Below, piece after piece: positions 19,761 through 29,131 of a stretch of 64,000 nt of DNA (its first letter is position 1; each line of letters begins with the position of its first letter). The notes under the pieces are model-generated. The model searched no databases. It was not told where the DNA came from and saw only the letters and a list, made by a program, of their open reading frames with translations. The position numbers and the translations under genes are program-made. Origin of the DNA: Chitinophagales bacterium. Lineage in GTDB: Bacteria > Bacteroidota > Bacteroidia > Chitinophagales > Chitinophagaceae. The stretch is from assembly GCA_021323755.1 (NCBI GenBank), contig JAJPKJ010000051.1:403-64402 (forward strand). Reading direction: 5' to 3'.

Positions 19761-20726
19761 ATGGAAACAACTTATGATATTGTCATTATCGGAGGGGGAC
19801 CAATTGGTCTTGCCTGCGGACTGGAGGCCAAGAAAGCCGGATTCAATTATTTGATTATTGAAAAAGGAAGTTTGGTGAACTCCCTATATAATTATCCAGC
19901 AAACATGACATTTTTTTCTACCTCAGAAAGAATTGAGATCGGCGGCGTTCCTTTTGTGAGTAATAATCCAAAGCCAACGAGACCCGAAGCACTTGAATAC
20001 TACAGAAGGATTGCCGTTTCAAACCATCTGAATATTCATTTGAAAGAAGAAGTGAAATCAATTTCCTCGGTTAATGGAAAATATGAACTGGTCACTTCGG
20101 CCCGAAAATATCTTACCACAAACATTATTATCGCAACCGGGTTTTATGATATCCCGGTTTTGATGAATGTCCCCGGCGAAGAACTCCCGAAGGTTACCCA
20201 TTATTACAAAGAACCGCATTTTTATGCCATGCAAAAAGTGATGGTGGTTGGAGCGAGCAACTCCGCTGTCGATGCTGCACTGGAAACATGGCGCAAAGGG
20301 GCGACTGTAACGATGGTAATCAAAGGAGAAGGAATCGGCAAGCGTGTAAAATACTGGGTGAAGCCTGATATTGAAAACCGGATCAAAGAAGGGAGCATCA
20401 AAGCCTACACCAACTCAACGGTGATGGCTATCCGTGAAAATGACGTCGATATTAAAACGCCTGATGGAATAGTTACTATTCCCAATGATTATGTAATTGC
20501 AATGACCGGTTACCAACCCAATTTTGATTTTTTGAGAAAAGCTGGAATTCAATTGTCAAATGATGAATTGCTGCAACCAGCCTACAATCCTGAAACGATG
20601 GAAACGAACATGAAGAATATTTACCTCGCCGGCGTGGTTTGTGGCGGAATGAACACGCATGTCTGGTTCATCGAAAATTCAAGAGAACATGCAGAAAAGA
20701 TACTGAGAAAGATCAAATCTCCATAA
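19761..20726 (+). CDS. YpdA-family FAD/NAD(P)-binding oxidoreductase (putative bacillithiol-disulfide reductase type)
   Basis: DIVIIGGGPIGLACG dinucleotide fold and a second VVGASNSAVDAA fold. The N-terminus closely resembles YpdA-family proteins. Confidence 0.8.
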   Translation: METTYDIVIIGGGPIGLACGLEAKKAGFNYLIIEKGSLVNSLYNYPANMTFFSTSERIEIGGVPFVSNNPKPTRPEALEYYRRIAVSNHLNIHLKEEVKSISSVNGKYELVTSARKYLTTNIIIATGFYDIPVLMNVPGEELPKVTHYYKEPHFYAMQKVMVVGASNSAVDAALETWRKGATVTMVIKGEGIGKRVKYWVKPDIENRIKEGSIKAYTNSTVMAIRENDVDIKTPDGIVTIPNDYVIAMTGYQPNFDFLRKAGIQLSNDELLQPAYNPETMETNMKNIYLAGVVCGGMNTHVWFIENSREHAEKILRKIKSP

Positions 20727-20736
20727 AACTCTAAAA

Positions 20737-21765
20737 ATGCGAATAGCTATATTTTTCTTTTTAATTATTGTAAGTTCTTGTACTACAAAAGAAAAATATA
20801 GTTATGCAATAAAAGATTTTAGAACTTCCCTTCATCCAGTCCTGGTCAATATTGTTGCTAAGAATATCGCAGGTTTCGACACTTCAATATCATATTTGCA
20901 AGATAATGCCACAGATGAGGAGTTGAAAAGATTAAGTCTTTCCGAACATCCTATATTACGCGCAGTGGCATTAACTTCTATGATAAAAAGAAAAACTTTT
21001 AATTCTTTCGACGTCCTAATGTCACACTTGGATGACACAGCAATTGTAAATACTGATGGAGGAGAATGGGGGATTTTCTATCAGACAGTCTCAGATTATT
21101 TAATCTCACAAAGTGAATGGGAAAATCAGACTTATAAAAATAAAACAATAGATGAGGTTCTCTTTAACCATAAGTCTTTAAAATCCGCATATAACGTAAT
21201 GCACGAACTTGAGGCGATTCCAAAATATCATGATGTTATTAAGGAAATGGTACAAAGAGATTGCCCTTTTGAAGAAAAAGAGGATGCTCTTTATGCTCTT
21301 GCTCAGTATCAACGAAAAGATGACATCAGAATCATTAAAAATATTTTAATCCAAAATACCGGGCGGATGAACACCCGATCTTTCCTATTAATGAAAAACT
21401 ATCCTGATTCAGCTTATCTGGATGTCTTGGATAAGTATTCTCAGCATGGGCTATACAAAGAAATTCGAAATAACGGAGCTTCCGCAGCCGACCTTTTCTT
21501 GCGGACTGTTGCGGCTTATGAAAACGAAAGAAGCGCTCAGATATTAAACAGGATTATAAATAAAAGGCCTTTTTTACATTCTGATTCTTCAGATTTGAAA
21601 AATGAAATTGGATATGTAATTCGGAATTATCAATGTGAAGCATATTCAAAACTCATTAAGGAACTAGAACCGGAGATAATACAATCAAAAAAAAATATGA
21701 TTCTTCAGGAAAAATTAGATACAACAAGTCCTGAAATGATTCTTTCAAAAGAAATTAGATGGTAA
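20737..21765 (+). CDS. hypothetical lipoprotein (alpha-helical repeat-like)
   Basis: MRIAIFFFLIIVSSC lipobox. No recognisable catalytic motif. Confidence 0.5.
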   Translation: MRIAIFFFLIIVSSCTTKEKYSYAIKDFRTSLHPVLVNIVAKNIAGFDTSISYLQDNATDEELKRLSLSEHPILRAVALTSMIKRKTFNSFDVLMSHLDDTAIVNTDGGEWGIFYQTVSDYLISQSEWENQTYKNKTIDEVLFNHKSLKSAYNVMHELEAIPKYHDVIKEMVQRDCPFEEKEDALYALAQYQRKDDIRIIKNILIQNTGRMNTRSFLLMKNYPDSAYLDVLDKYSQHGLYKEIRNNGASAADLFLRTVAAYENERSAQILNRIINKRPFLHSDSSDLKNEIGYVIRNYQCEAYSKLIKELEPEIIQSKKNMILQEKLDTTSPEMILSKEIRW

Positions 21766-21772
21766 CTTTTGT

Positions 21773-22882
21773 TCAATAGTGCGAATACAAATACACTTCC
21801 ACTCTTCTGTTTTTTTGTCTTCCTTCGTCTGTGCTATTTGAGGCAACTGGTTTGGTGCTTGCAAAAAATCTCGTGGTAATCTTATCATTGGTAAGAAATG
21901 TTTTTTGCTGGATATATTCTTTCACAGACTTTGCCCGATTTTCAGAAAGCTTTTCATTATAAACGATCCTGCCAATGCTGTCTGTATGTCCTTCAATAAT
22001 TAAAGAATCAACCATTCGCGTTCTTATTTTATTGCAAAAGCTGTCCAGCAATTCAATATTTTTTTGTGTGAGTTCATACTTCGCCGTTGCAAAAAAGATA
22101 TCGGGTATCAGTAGTGTATCTACCCGAATATTAATCGTACGCGTTAAATGTATTATAGCCGGCGGATTTTTTTTGTAGTAATACATTTTCCTTTCCATCA
22201 GATCGTGGCGGTCATTTTCATCATAAATGACCTTCTTCACACTATCGGCTTCGGCGCACAAATGTTCATTCGGATCCACGGGAATCAAAGAAACATCATC
22301 CAGGAAAAAATAAAAATTGTATTCAAATTCGGCATGTCCGGTCAATGTATATTCGCCATGCTTAAAATTGCCGATGGTAATGTATTGCTCAGTTCCATTT
22401 GCGGTGTAAATAAAATGAACTTTCTGCCACAACGATGGATCATACAATTTTGACTCAAGTCCGTCCTTTACATAAAGCTGTGGAGATATATCTTTAAAAT
22501 TTCTTCTTTCATACAAAAAATCGTTCGTCGAAAAATAGACAGCGATACTGTCGAAAACGGTATGGGTGGACCGAAGAAAAAATTCTACATAATATTGATG
22601 TCCCTGCTGCAAGCGACACAACAACTGTGTTCGGATAAAACTTCGCACCCCCCGTTGCACCTCGTTGCCGATGATTAAGCCGGTAAAATGGCTGCCAGTG
22701 TGGGCGTGCGCCTGGTCATCAAAATAATAATTTGCGCGAAGTGATGTAGCGATCCACGCTTCAGGCGCACAATTCTTTCCATATTCAGTGCAAATATTTT
22801 CATCTTCAAAGCCGCCGTTGGGAAGCAAATTTTGAGCGGAAGCGATAAAGGGCAAAAAAATAAAGATCAGAAAATATCGCAT
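21773..22882 (-). CDS. OmpA-family peptidoglycan-binding protein
   Basis: Signal peptide. C-terminal OmpA_C-like IEGHTDSIG...NEKLSENRAKSV...NRRVEV. Confidence 0.8.
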   Translation of the reverse strand: MRYFLIFIFLPFIASAQNLLPNGGFEDENICTEYGKNCAPEAWIATSLRANYYFDDQAHAHTGSHFTGLIIGNEVQRGVRSFIRTQLLCRLQQGHQYYVEFFLRSTHTVFDSIAVYFSTNDFLYERRNFKDISPQLYVKDGLESKLYDPSLWQKVHFIYTANGTEQYITIGNFKHGEYTLTGHAEFEYNFYFFLDDVSLIPVDPNEHLCAEADSVKKVIYDENDRHDLMERKMYYYKKNPPAIIHLTRTINIRVDTLLIPDIFFATAKYELTQKNIELLDSFCNKIRTRMVDSLIIEGHTDSIGRIVYNEKLSENRAKSVKEYIQQKTFLTNDKITTRFFASTKPVASNSTDEGRQKNRRVEVYLYSHY

Positions 22883-22899
22883 CGTGAATCGTTCTTTTT

Positions 22900-24150
22900 T
22901 TAATCGGTTTTTTCTTCCCAGATCAGGGAAAGATATACGATCGTTTCCACGCTTTTTTGCATGTCCCGGATGCTTACGTATTCATGTTTTCCATGAAAAG
23001 CCATTTCGCCCGTAAAAATATTCGGACAAGGTAATCCCATAAAAGATAACCTTGAACCGTCTGTTCCGCCCCGCGCACTTGAACGTTTTACGCTTACCCC
23101 TGATCGTTGTATGGCTTCAACTGCATATTCGGAAACCTGTGGGAAATCATCCAGCACTTCCTTCATATTCCGGTATTGTTCTTTAACGGTGAAATCGGCT
23201 CTTGCGCCGGGATATTTTTTTAATGCATCTTCCAATTTGTCGCGCAGATAATTTTCATAGGCTTCGAGCTTGCCGGTAATAAAATCGCGGATGATGAATT
23301 GCAATGTTGTTTTTTCAGCAATACCATTGATATTTATCGGATGAACAAAACCATATCGCCCATCGGTGGTTTCCGGCGACAGCTCCTCTTTTGGCAAGGA
23401 TTGCAAAAAAGAAGAGGCGACCTTTATAGCATTGATCAGTTTATCCTTTGCATAACCGGGATGCGCGCTAACTCCATAGAAAGTGATGGTTACTTCATCA
23501 GCGGAAAAAGTTTCATCCTCAAAACTTCCACGTTCCCCCGCATCGAGGGTGTAACCAAAGTTTGCGCCAAGTTTTTGCAGGTCGACCTTATTAACACCCC
23601 GGCCAATTTCTTCATCAGGCGTAAACAAAATCTTTATTGTGCCGTGTTTTATTTCAGGATTTGTCATCAAGAAATTGGCCGCATCCATGATCGCCGCAAT
23701 GCCGGATTTATCGTCAGCGCCAAGTAAGGTTGTGCCAGATGCCGTAATGATATCCTCGCCGATTTTTTCTTTTAAGTACGGATGATCATTTGAAGAAATG
23801 ATTTGTGTATGGTCATCGGGTAGTATGATATCCTGTCCATCATAATGCTTATGCACGATGGGTTTAACATTTGTGCCGCTGCAGTCCGGCGAGGTATCGA
23901 CATGCGAGCAGAAACAAATGACGGGAACATTTTTTTGCGTATTGGATGGAATTGTCGCATACACATAACCATAATCATCGAGGTGAGCATCGGTAATGCC
24001 CAGTTCCAATAATTCTTTTACCAGGACACGGCTAAGATCCTTTTGTTTTTCTGTGGATGGAAAACTGGTGGAATGCGGATCGCTTTGCGTATCAATCTGC
24101 ACATAATGCATAAATTTTTCGGCAACAGTAAAATTGTAACTTTGAAACAT
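22900..24150 (-). CDS. pepT: peptidase T (tripeptide aminopeptidase, M20B)
   Basis: 416 aa. FMHYVQIDTQSD...SHVDTSPD...GADDKSGIAAIM...FTPDEEIG motifs. Confidence 0.92.
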   Translation of the reverse strand: MFQSYNFTVAEKFMHYVQIDTQSDPHSTSFPSTEKQKDLSRVLVKELLELGITDAHLDDYGYVYATIPSNTQKNVPVICFCSHVDTSPDCSGTNVKPIVHKHYDGQDIILPDDHTQIISSNDHPYLKEKIGEDIITASGTTLLGADDKSGIAAIMDAANFLMTNPEIKHGTIKILFTPDEEIGRGVNKVDLQKLGANFGYTLDAGERGSFEDETFSADEVTITFYGVSAHPGYAKDKLINAIKVASSFLQSLPKEELSPETTDGRYGFVHPININGIAEKTTLQFIIRDFITGKLEAYENYLRDKLEDALKKYPGARADFTVKEQYRNMKEVLDDFPQVSEYAVEAIQRSGVSVKRSSARGGTDGSRLSFMGLPCPNIFTGEMAFHGKHEYVSIRDMQKSVETIVYLSLIWEEKTD

Positions 24151-24220
24151 GATTCGTGATTAATGATTTTAGTGATTATTTTTTGTCGCAAAATTGCAGA
24201 ACGATTCAATTAATAAATGT

Positions 24221-25111
24221 ATGACGGATATCGAGAATAAAAAACCGCTTATTAAACAAGGCTGGCTTCGCACTTTGTTATTCTGTATCGCCTATTTCCT
24301 GGTTGGCTTTTTTATCGCCATACCGGTTGTATTGGTCATTTCCTTATTAAAGAATGAACCTGTAACAGATATTGCTTCATTGATGAGCGGGAGCTTCTTG
24401 TGGCTCACCTTAATAATGACCGCGCTGGCATCTTTTATTACTGTTTTTATTTTTAGAAAATTTGTTGACCGCCAAAGCCTTGCCAGTATTGGATTTGGCA
24501 TTGACGGCTATTTTTCGGATGCGGCAGCCGGTTTTTTTCTTGCGCCGGTAATTTTAGGTGTCGGTTCGGTCATACTTTTCTTTTCGGGGCATTTGCAATG
24601 GGTTGATATGAACTTTGACGCCAATAATCTTTTCATTGCTTTTGGAATGTTGGTCATTGTTGCCTTCAGTGAAGAGCTTGTTTTCCGCGGCTATATTCTG
24701 AACAACCTGTTACAGTCTTTTAATAAATGGACTGCCCTGATCATTTCTGCAATTTTGTTTGCATTGGCCCACAGTCTTAATCCGAATGCAAACCTGCTCT
24801 CTGTTTTGGGATTGCTTCTCGCGGGAATTTTATTGGGAATAAATTATATCTACACAAAAAACCTTTGGTTTGCTATCTTATTTCATTTATGCTGGAATTT
24901 TCTGCAAGGTCCATTACTTGGTTACAAAGTAAGCGGGCTCAATCTTCCATCATTGTTGCAAACTGAAATAAAGGGAGATGCTATGATCACGGGCGGTGAT
25001 TTTGGATTTGAAGCATCCATCGTAAATATTTTATTATTACTGCTCACGGTCAGTGTTTTGTATTTTGTTTATGAAAAAAAATACAAAACAGCTTCCCTTA
25101 CTACGGCATAA
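24221..25111 (+). CDS. CPBP-family intramembrane glutamic endopeptidase (CAAX protease-like)
   Basis: EELVFRGY, FALAHSLNPN and FHLCWNF motifs. The ORF-track start at 24194 is TTG; the first ATG is at 24221. Confidence 0.8.
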   Translation: MTDIENKKPLIKQGWLRTLLFCIAYFLVGFFIAIPVVLVISLLKNEPVTDIASLMSGSFLWLTLIMTALASFITVFIFRKFVDRQSLASIGFGIDGYFSDAAAGFFLAPVILGVGSVILFFSGHLQWVDMNFDANNLFIAFGMLVIVAFSEELVFRGYILNNLLQSFNKWTALIISAILFALAHSLNPNANLLSVLGLLLAGILLGINYIYTKNLWFAILFHLCWNFLQGPLLGYKVSGLNLPSLLQTEIKGDAMITGGDFGFEASIVNILLLLLTVSVLYFVYEKKYKTASLTTA

Positions 25112-25553
25112 TAATTCTGGATGCGCCTTTGATCTCTACCAGTTCAATATCAAATATCAATTCTTTGCCTGCTAAAGGATGATTTGCATCGAGTAAGACG
25201 CTCTCTTCTTTCACTTCAGTGATCACCACCGGAAAACTATGACCGGCATTATCACGCATATTTAATTGCATGCCTACTTCGGGCTTCATATCTTCCGGAA
25301 AATTAACAATGGGGAATTCAATAATATTTTCCGGATCAGAAGCGCCATAAGCATCTTCTGCAGGAATAGAAATTGTTTTCTTTTCTCCAACAGTCATGTC
25401 TATCACGCCATCATCAAATCCTTTTATCATCATTCCGGCGCCAACTTCAAATTCAAGCGGGTCGCGGCCTGTAGAAGAATCGAAAGTGGTGCCGTCAGTT
25501 AACTTGCCATGATAATGAACTTTTACCGTATCTCCTTTTTTTACTTGTGCCAT
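25101..25553 (-). CDS. FKBP-type peptidyl-prolyl isomerase (SlyD-like)
   Basis: 150 aa. VKVHYHGKLTDGTTFDSS...PLEFEVGAGMMIKGFD with an inserted flap domain. Its 3' end overlaps the convergent CPBP gene by 11 nt. Confidence 0.88.
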   Translation of the reverse strand: MAQVKKGDTVKVHYHGKLTDGTTFDSSTGRDPLEFEVGAGMMIKGFDDGVIDMTVGEKKTISIPAEDAYGASDPENIIEFPIVNFPEDMKPEVGMQLNMRDNAGHSFPVVITEVKEESVLLDANHPLAGKELIFDIELVEIKGASRIIMP

Positions 25554-25856
25554 TGTTTATAATTTTCAACTTTTCTGTAATAATAGTTACCCGACAAAGT
25601 AAATACATAAATGGTCTTTCTCCAATAAAAGTTTTTAAGGAAATTTGAAGATTATTCTCTCTCTTGCTGCGCAGATTCTCTGGAAAGGATTTATCGAAAA
25701 AAAAAGAATCTGTGAAATCTGTGAGAAAGGGCACAACTTTGATAATGATGTTGATTGGTGCAATGGAGGAGGGTTGAATATTGCATTAACTGCTCAAGAT
25801 TGCGAGGACGGAATGATGGCAGGTGTAATTATGGGCGGCTCATAAAAAAACAGCGA

Positions 25857-27077
25857 ATGAAAAATTTTCTTTTTTTCTTTTTATTATTAGCGAATGGGAA
25901 TTGTTTTTCCCAATCAACCCCCATTGTTGCGGGTGCAGAACGGATGAACGTTTATATCCCTTTGCTGAAAGGCAGAACAGTGGCAGTTTTTGCCAATCAG
26001 ACCTCGATGGTCGGAAAAATGCATTTGGTTGATGCATTAATAAAGCAGCGAATTTTGGTGAAGAAGATTTTTGCTCCGGAGCATGGTTTTCGTGGTGCTG
26101 GTGATGCGGGAGAGAATATGAAGAATGCCGTTGATTCAGCAACCGGAGTTGCGGTCATTTCTCTTTATGGTGATAAGGTAAAACCTTCCGCAGATGATCT
26201 GAAAGATGTTGACATCATGATCTTCGATATCCAGGATGTTGGTGTTCGGTTTTACACCTATATTTCTTCATTGCAAAAATATATGGAGGCGGCGATGGAA
26301 AATCACAAGCCATTGTTGATCCTTGACCGCCCGAATCCCAATGGATTTTATGTCGATGGCCCGGTGCTCGAAAAAAAGTTTGCATCTTTTGTCGGTATGC
26401 AACCCGTTCCGGTTGTATATGGAATGACGATCGGGGAATATGCCATGATGATCGCGGGAGAAAAATGGTTATCGGAGAAAGCAAATGAAGTGTATAGCTA
26501 TTATAAAACGGCAGAGAATTCCGCAGATACGCCATTCCATTTTTTAGTGATAAAATGCGGGAACTATTCGCACAAGAGCAGGTATACATTGCCAGTAAAC
26601 CCATCCCCGAATTTGCAGAACATGCAGGCCGTTTACCTGTATCCTTCATTATGTTTTTTTGAAGGCACGGCAGTCAGTTTGGGAAGAGGAACTGACAAAC
26701 CTTTTGAACAGTTCGGCCATCCGTCCTTTCCTAAAAACCTATACAGTTTTACGCCACAGTCCACGCCGGGCGCAAAAAACCCGCCCTTGTTAAATCAAAC
26801 CTGTTATGGATTTGATCTGAGTACCCCTGATATTGAAAAAGATATTGACGGACATCTGCAATTAAAATGGTTATTAAAAGCGTACGGGCTTTTTCCAGAT
26901 AAGGATAAATTTTTCTTAGCGTCAAATTATTTTAACAAGCTCGCCGGAACCGATACATTAATGCAGGAAATAAAAGAAGGAAGGACAGCAATTGAGATCA
27001 GAAGAACCTGGGAACCTGCGTTAAGCGATTTTAAGAAGATCAGAAAGAAATATCTGATGTACGATGATTTTGAATAA
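25857..27077 (+). CDS. DUF1343 family protein (NamZ-like exo-beta-N-acetylmuramidase)
   Basis: ATG at 25857 gives the signal peptide MKNFLFFFLLLANGNCFSQ. VAVFANQTS...FAPEHGFRG...FDIQDVGVRFYTY is the DUF1343 signature. Confidence 0.8.
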   Translation: MKNFLFFFLLLANGNCFSQSTPIVAGAERMNVYIPLLKGRTVAVFANQTSMVGKMHLVDALIKQRILVKKIFAPEHGFRGAGDAGENMKNAVDSATGVAVISLYGDKVKPSADDLKDVDIMIFDIQDVGVRFYTYISSLQKYMEAAMENHKPLLILDRPNPNGFYVDGPVLEKKFASFVGMQPVPVVYGMTIGEYAMMIAGEKWLSEKANEVYSYYKTAENSADTPFHFLVIKCGNYSHKSRYTLPVNPSPNLQNMQAVYLYPSLCFFEGTAVSLGRGTDKPFEQFGHPSFPKNLYSFTPQSTPGAKNPPLLNQTCYGFDLSTPDIEKDIDGHLQLKWLLKAYGLFPDKDKFFLASNYFNKLAGTDTLMQEIKEGRTAIEIRRTWEPALSDFKKIRKKYLMYDDFE

Positions 27078-27097
27078 TGAATAATCAATAGTTGATA

Positions 27098-28039
27098 ATG
27101 AATTCAACGGTCAAAATAGTTTTTATGGGTACGCCGGAATTTGCCGTTGCATCACTGGATGCCCTGGTGAATGCAGGTTGCAATATTGTTGCGGTAATCA
27201 CTTCTCCGGATAAGCCCGCCGGTCGTGGAATGCAGGTGAGTCAAAGTGCAGTAAAAAAATACGCCCTGGAAAAAGGATTGAAAGTACTGCAACCCGAAAA
27301 ATTAAAGAATGAAGAATTCTTGAAAGAATTAAAATCGCTTAATGCAGATCTGCAGGTTGTAGTTGCATTTCGTATGTTGCCGGAACTGGTCTGGAACATG
27401 CCACCAATGGGAACGATTAATCTTCATGCATCATTATTACCTCAATATCGGGGTGCAGCGCCTATTAACTGGGCGATTATTAATGGAGAAAAGGAAACCG
27501 GCGCAACGGTTTTCAAATTGCAACAAGAAATTGATACCGGTAATATTTTGTTGCAGGAAAAAATCAAGATCAGGGATGATGAAACGGCGGGAGAATTACA
27601 TGACGAAATGAAAATTACAGGAGCGCGTCTTTTGGTCAGGGCCGTGAAAGGATTAACGGACGGCAGTTTGAAAGAAGTCAGTCAATCCTCAGTGGTGAAT
27701 GGATCACCGATTCAAGATCCACAGCTCCGACTGGCACCAAAGATTTTTACGGAAACCTGTAAAATAGATTGGCATAAGCCTGTTGACGAAATTTACAATC
27801 TGATTCGCGGACTTTCTCCTTATCCGACAGCATTTACCTACCTAAACGGAAGGATGTTAAAAATATACCGAGCCGAAAAAGAAATTATTTCGGTTAATGA
27901 TGAACGTGAGTATGAAACTGATGGCAGGTCCTATTTGAAATTTCCTGCTGCCGACGGATATATTGTCGTAAAAGAAATTCAACTGGAAGGGAAAAAGAAA
28001 ATGATGATCGATGAGTTTCTGAGGGGATGGAGGCCTTAG
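27098..28039 (+). CDS. fmt: methionyl-tRNA formyltransferase
   Basis: IVFMGTPEFAV...INLHASLLPQYRGAAPINWAIINGE. First ATG at 27098 (the ORF-track start at 27092 is TTG). Confidence 0.93.
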   Translation: MNSTVKIVFMGTPEFAVASLDALVNAGCNIVAVITSPDKPAGRGMQVSQSAVKKYALEKGLKVLQPEKLKNEEFLKELKSLNADLQVVVAFRMLPELVWNMPPMGTINLHASLLPQYRGAAPINWAIINGEKETGATVFKLQQEIDTGNILLQEKIKIRDDETAGELHDEMKITGARLLVRAVKGLTDGSLKEVSQSSVVNGSPIQDPQLRLAPKIFTETCKIDWHKPVDEIYNLIRGLSPYPTAFTYLNGRMLKIYRAEKEIISVNDEREYETDGRSYLKFPAADGYIVVKEIQLEGKKKMMIDEFLRGWRP

Positions 28040-28043
28040 ATTC

Positions 28044-29051
28044 TTACCTGATATTCACTTCTCTTTCTAATTGAACGCCAAATTTGTTTTTTACACTTTG
28101 CAGGATCTCTTCACTGAGATCGTAAATTTCTTTTCCTGGTGCCTTTCCGTAATTTACCAACACCAGGGCCTGCCTCTCGTAACAACCCGCATCACCTTTG
28201 CGATAACCTTTCCAGCCACATTGCTCTATAAGCCAGCCAGCAGCAAGTTTAACACTGCCGTCTTCATTATCATATCCGATAATATTTGGAAAATTATTCT
28301 TTAGTTCGGTGAATGTCTGACGAGATACCGAAGGGTTTTTGAAAAAGCTTCCAGCATTGCCAATAACCGCCGGATCGGCAAGTTTTGAGGTCCGGATATT
28401 AATGACTGCCTGCGAAATGGATTGGATGTTCAATTCTTTAACATTCATCTTTTGTAATTCCTGTTCGATAGCTCCATAACCAATATTGAATTTTGGGAAT
28501 TTGTTTAAACAATAGGTAACGCTCAAAATCACGAACTGATCTTTGAACCTATTCTTAAAAACGCTGTCGCGATAACCAAACTCGCAATCATTAACGCTGA
28601 ATGTATACACTTTTTTCTCCGCAATGCTATATGCTTCCAGTTCAAAGAACACTTCTTTGATTTCCACTCCATAAGCGCCGATATTCTGCATGGGGGTTGC
28701 CCCAACATTTCCGGGGATCAATGACAGGTTTTCAATTCCCGCCCAGTTTCTGCCAATACAATACAACACAAGCTGGTGCCAGTTTTCGCCCGCGCCTGCT
28801 TTTACGTAAATATGATCCTGATCCTCATCAATCAAATCAATTCCGCCGATTTCATTTTTTAGAACAATTCCGTCAAAATTCTTTGTAAAAAGAATATTGC
28901 TGCCACCGCCGAGAATAATTGACCTGTATCCGGCATTTTGAGTTAAGCATTCAGTGAGTTCGTCTGTATTTGAAAATGTGGCAAAATATCTTGCTGACAC
29001 ATCGATGCCGAATGTGTTAAACTTCTTTAGGGGGACATTTTCCTGGATCAT
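28044..29051 (-). CDS. murB: UDP-N-acetylenolpyruvoylglucosamine reductase
   Basis: 335 aa. LKKFNTFGIDV...ILGGGSNILF...GSFFKNP motifs. Confidence 0.93.
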   Translation of the reverse strand: MIQENVPLKKFNTFGIDVSARYFATFSNTDELTECLTQNAGYRSIILGGGSNILFTKNFDGIVLKNEIGGIDLIDEDQDHIYVKAGAGENWHQLVLYCIGRNWAGIENLSLIPGNVGATPMQNIGAYGVEIKEVFFELEAYSIAEKKVYTFSVNDCEFGYRDSVFKNRFKDQFVILSVTYCLNKFPKFNIGYGAIEQELQKMNVKELNIQSISQAVINIRTSKLADPAVIGNAGSFFKNPSVSRQTFTELKNNFPNIIGYDNEDGSVKLAAGWLIEQCGWKGYRKGDAGCYERQALVLVNYGKAPGKEIYDLSEEILQSVKNKFGVQLEREVNIR

Positions 29052-29131
29052 TTGATATTTACGATTTGATCAGTAAAATTTTATGAGGAGCCTTTCTTCT
29101 ATATTCAATATTTCTTCAGCAATATTAGCTA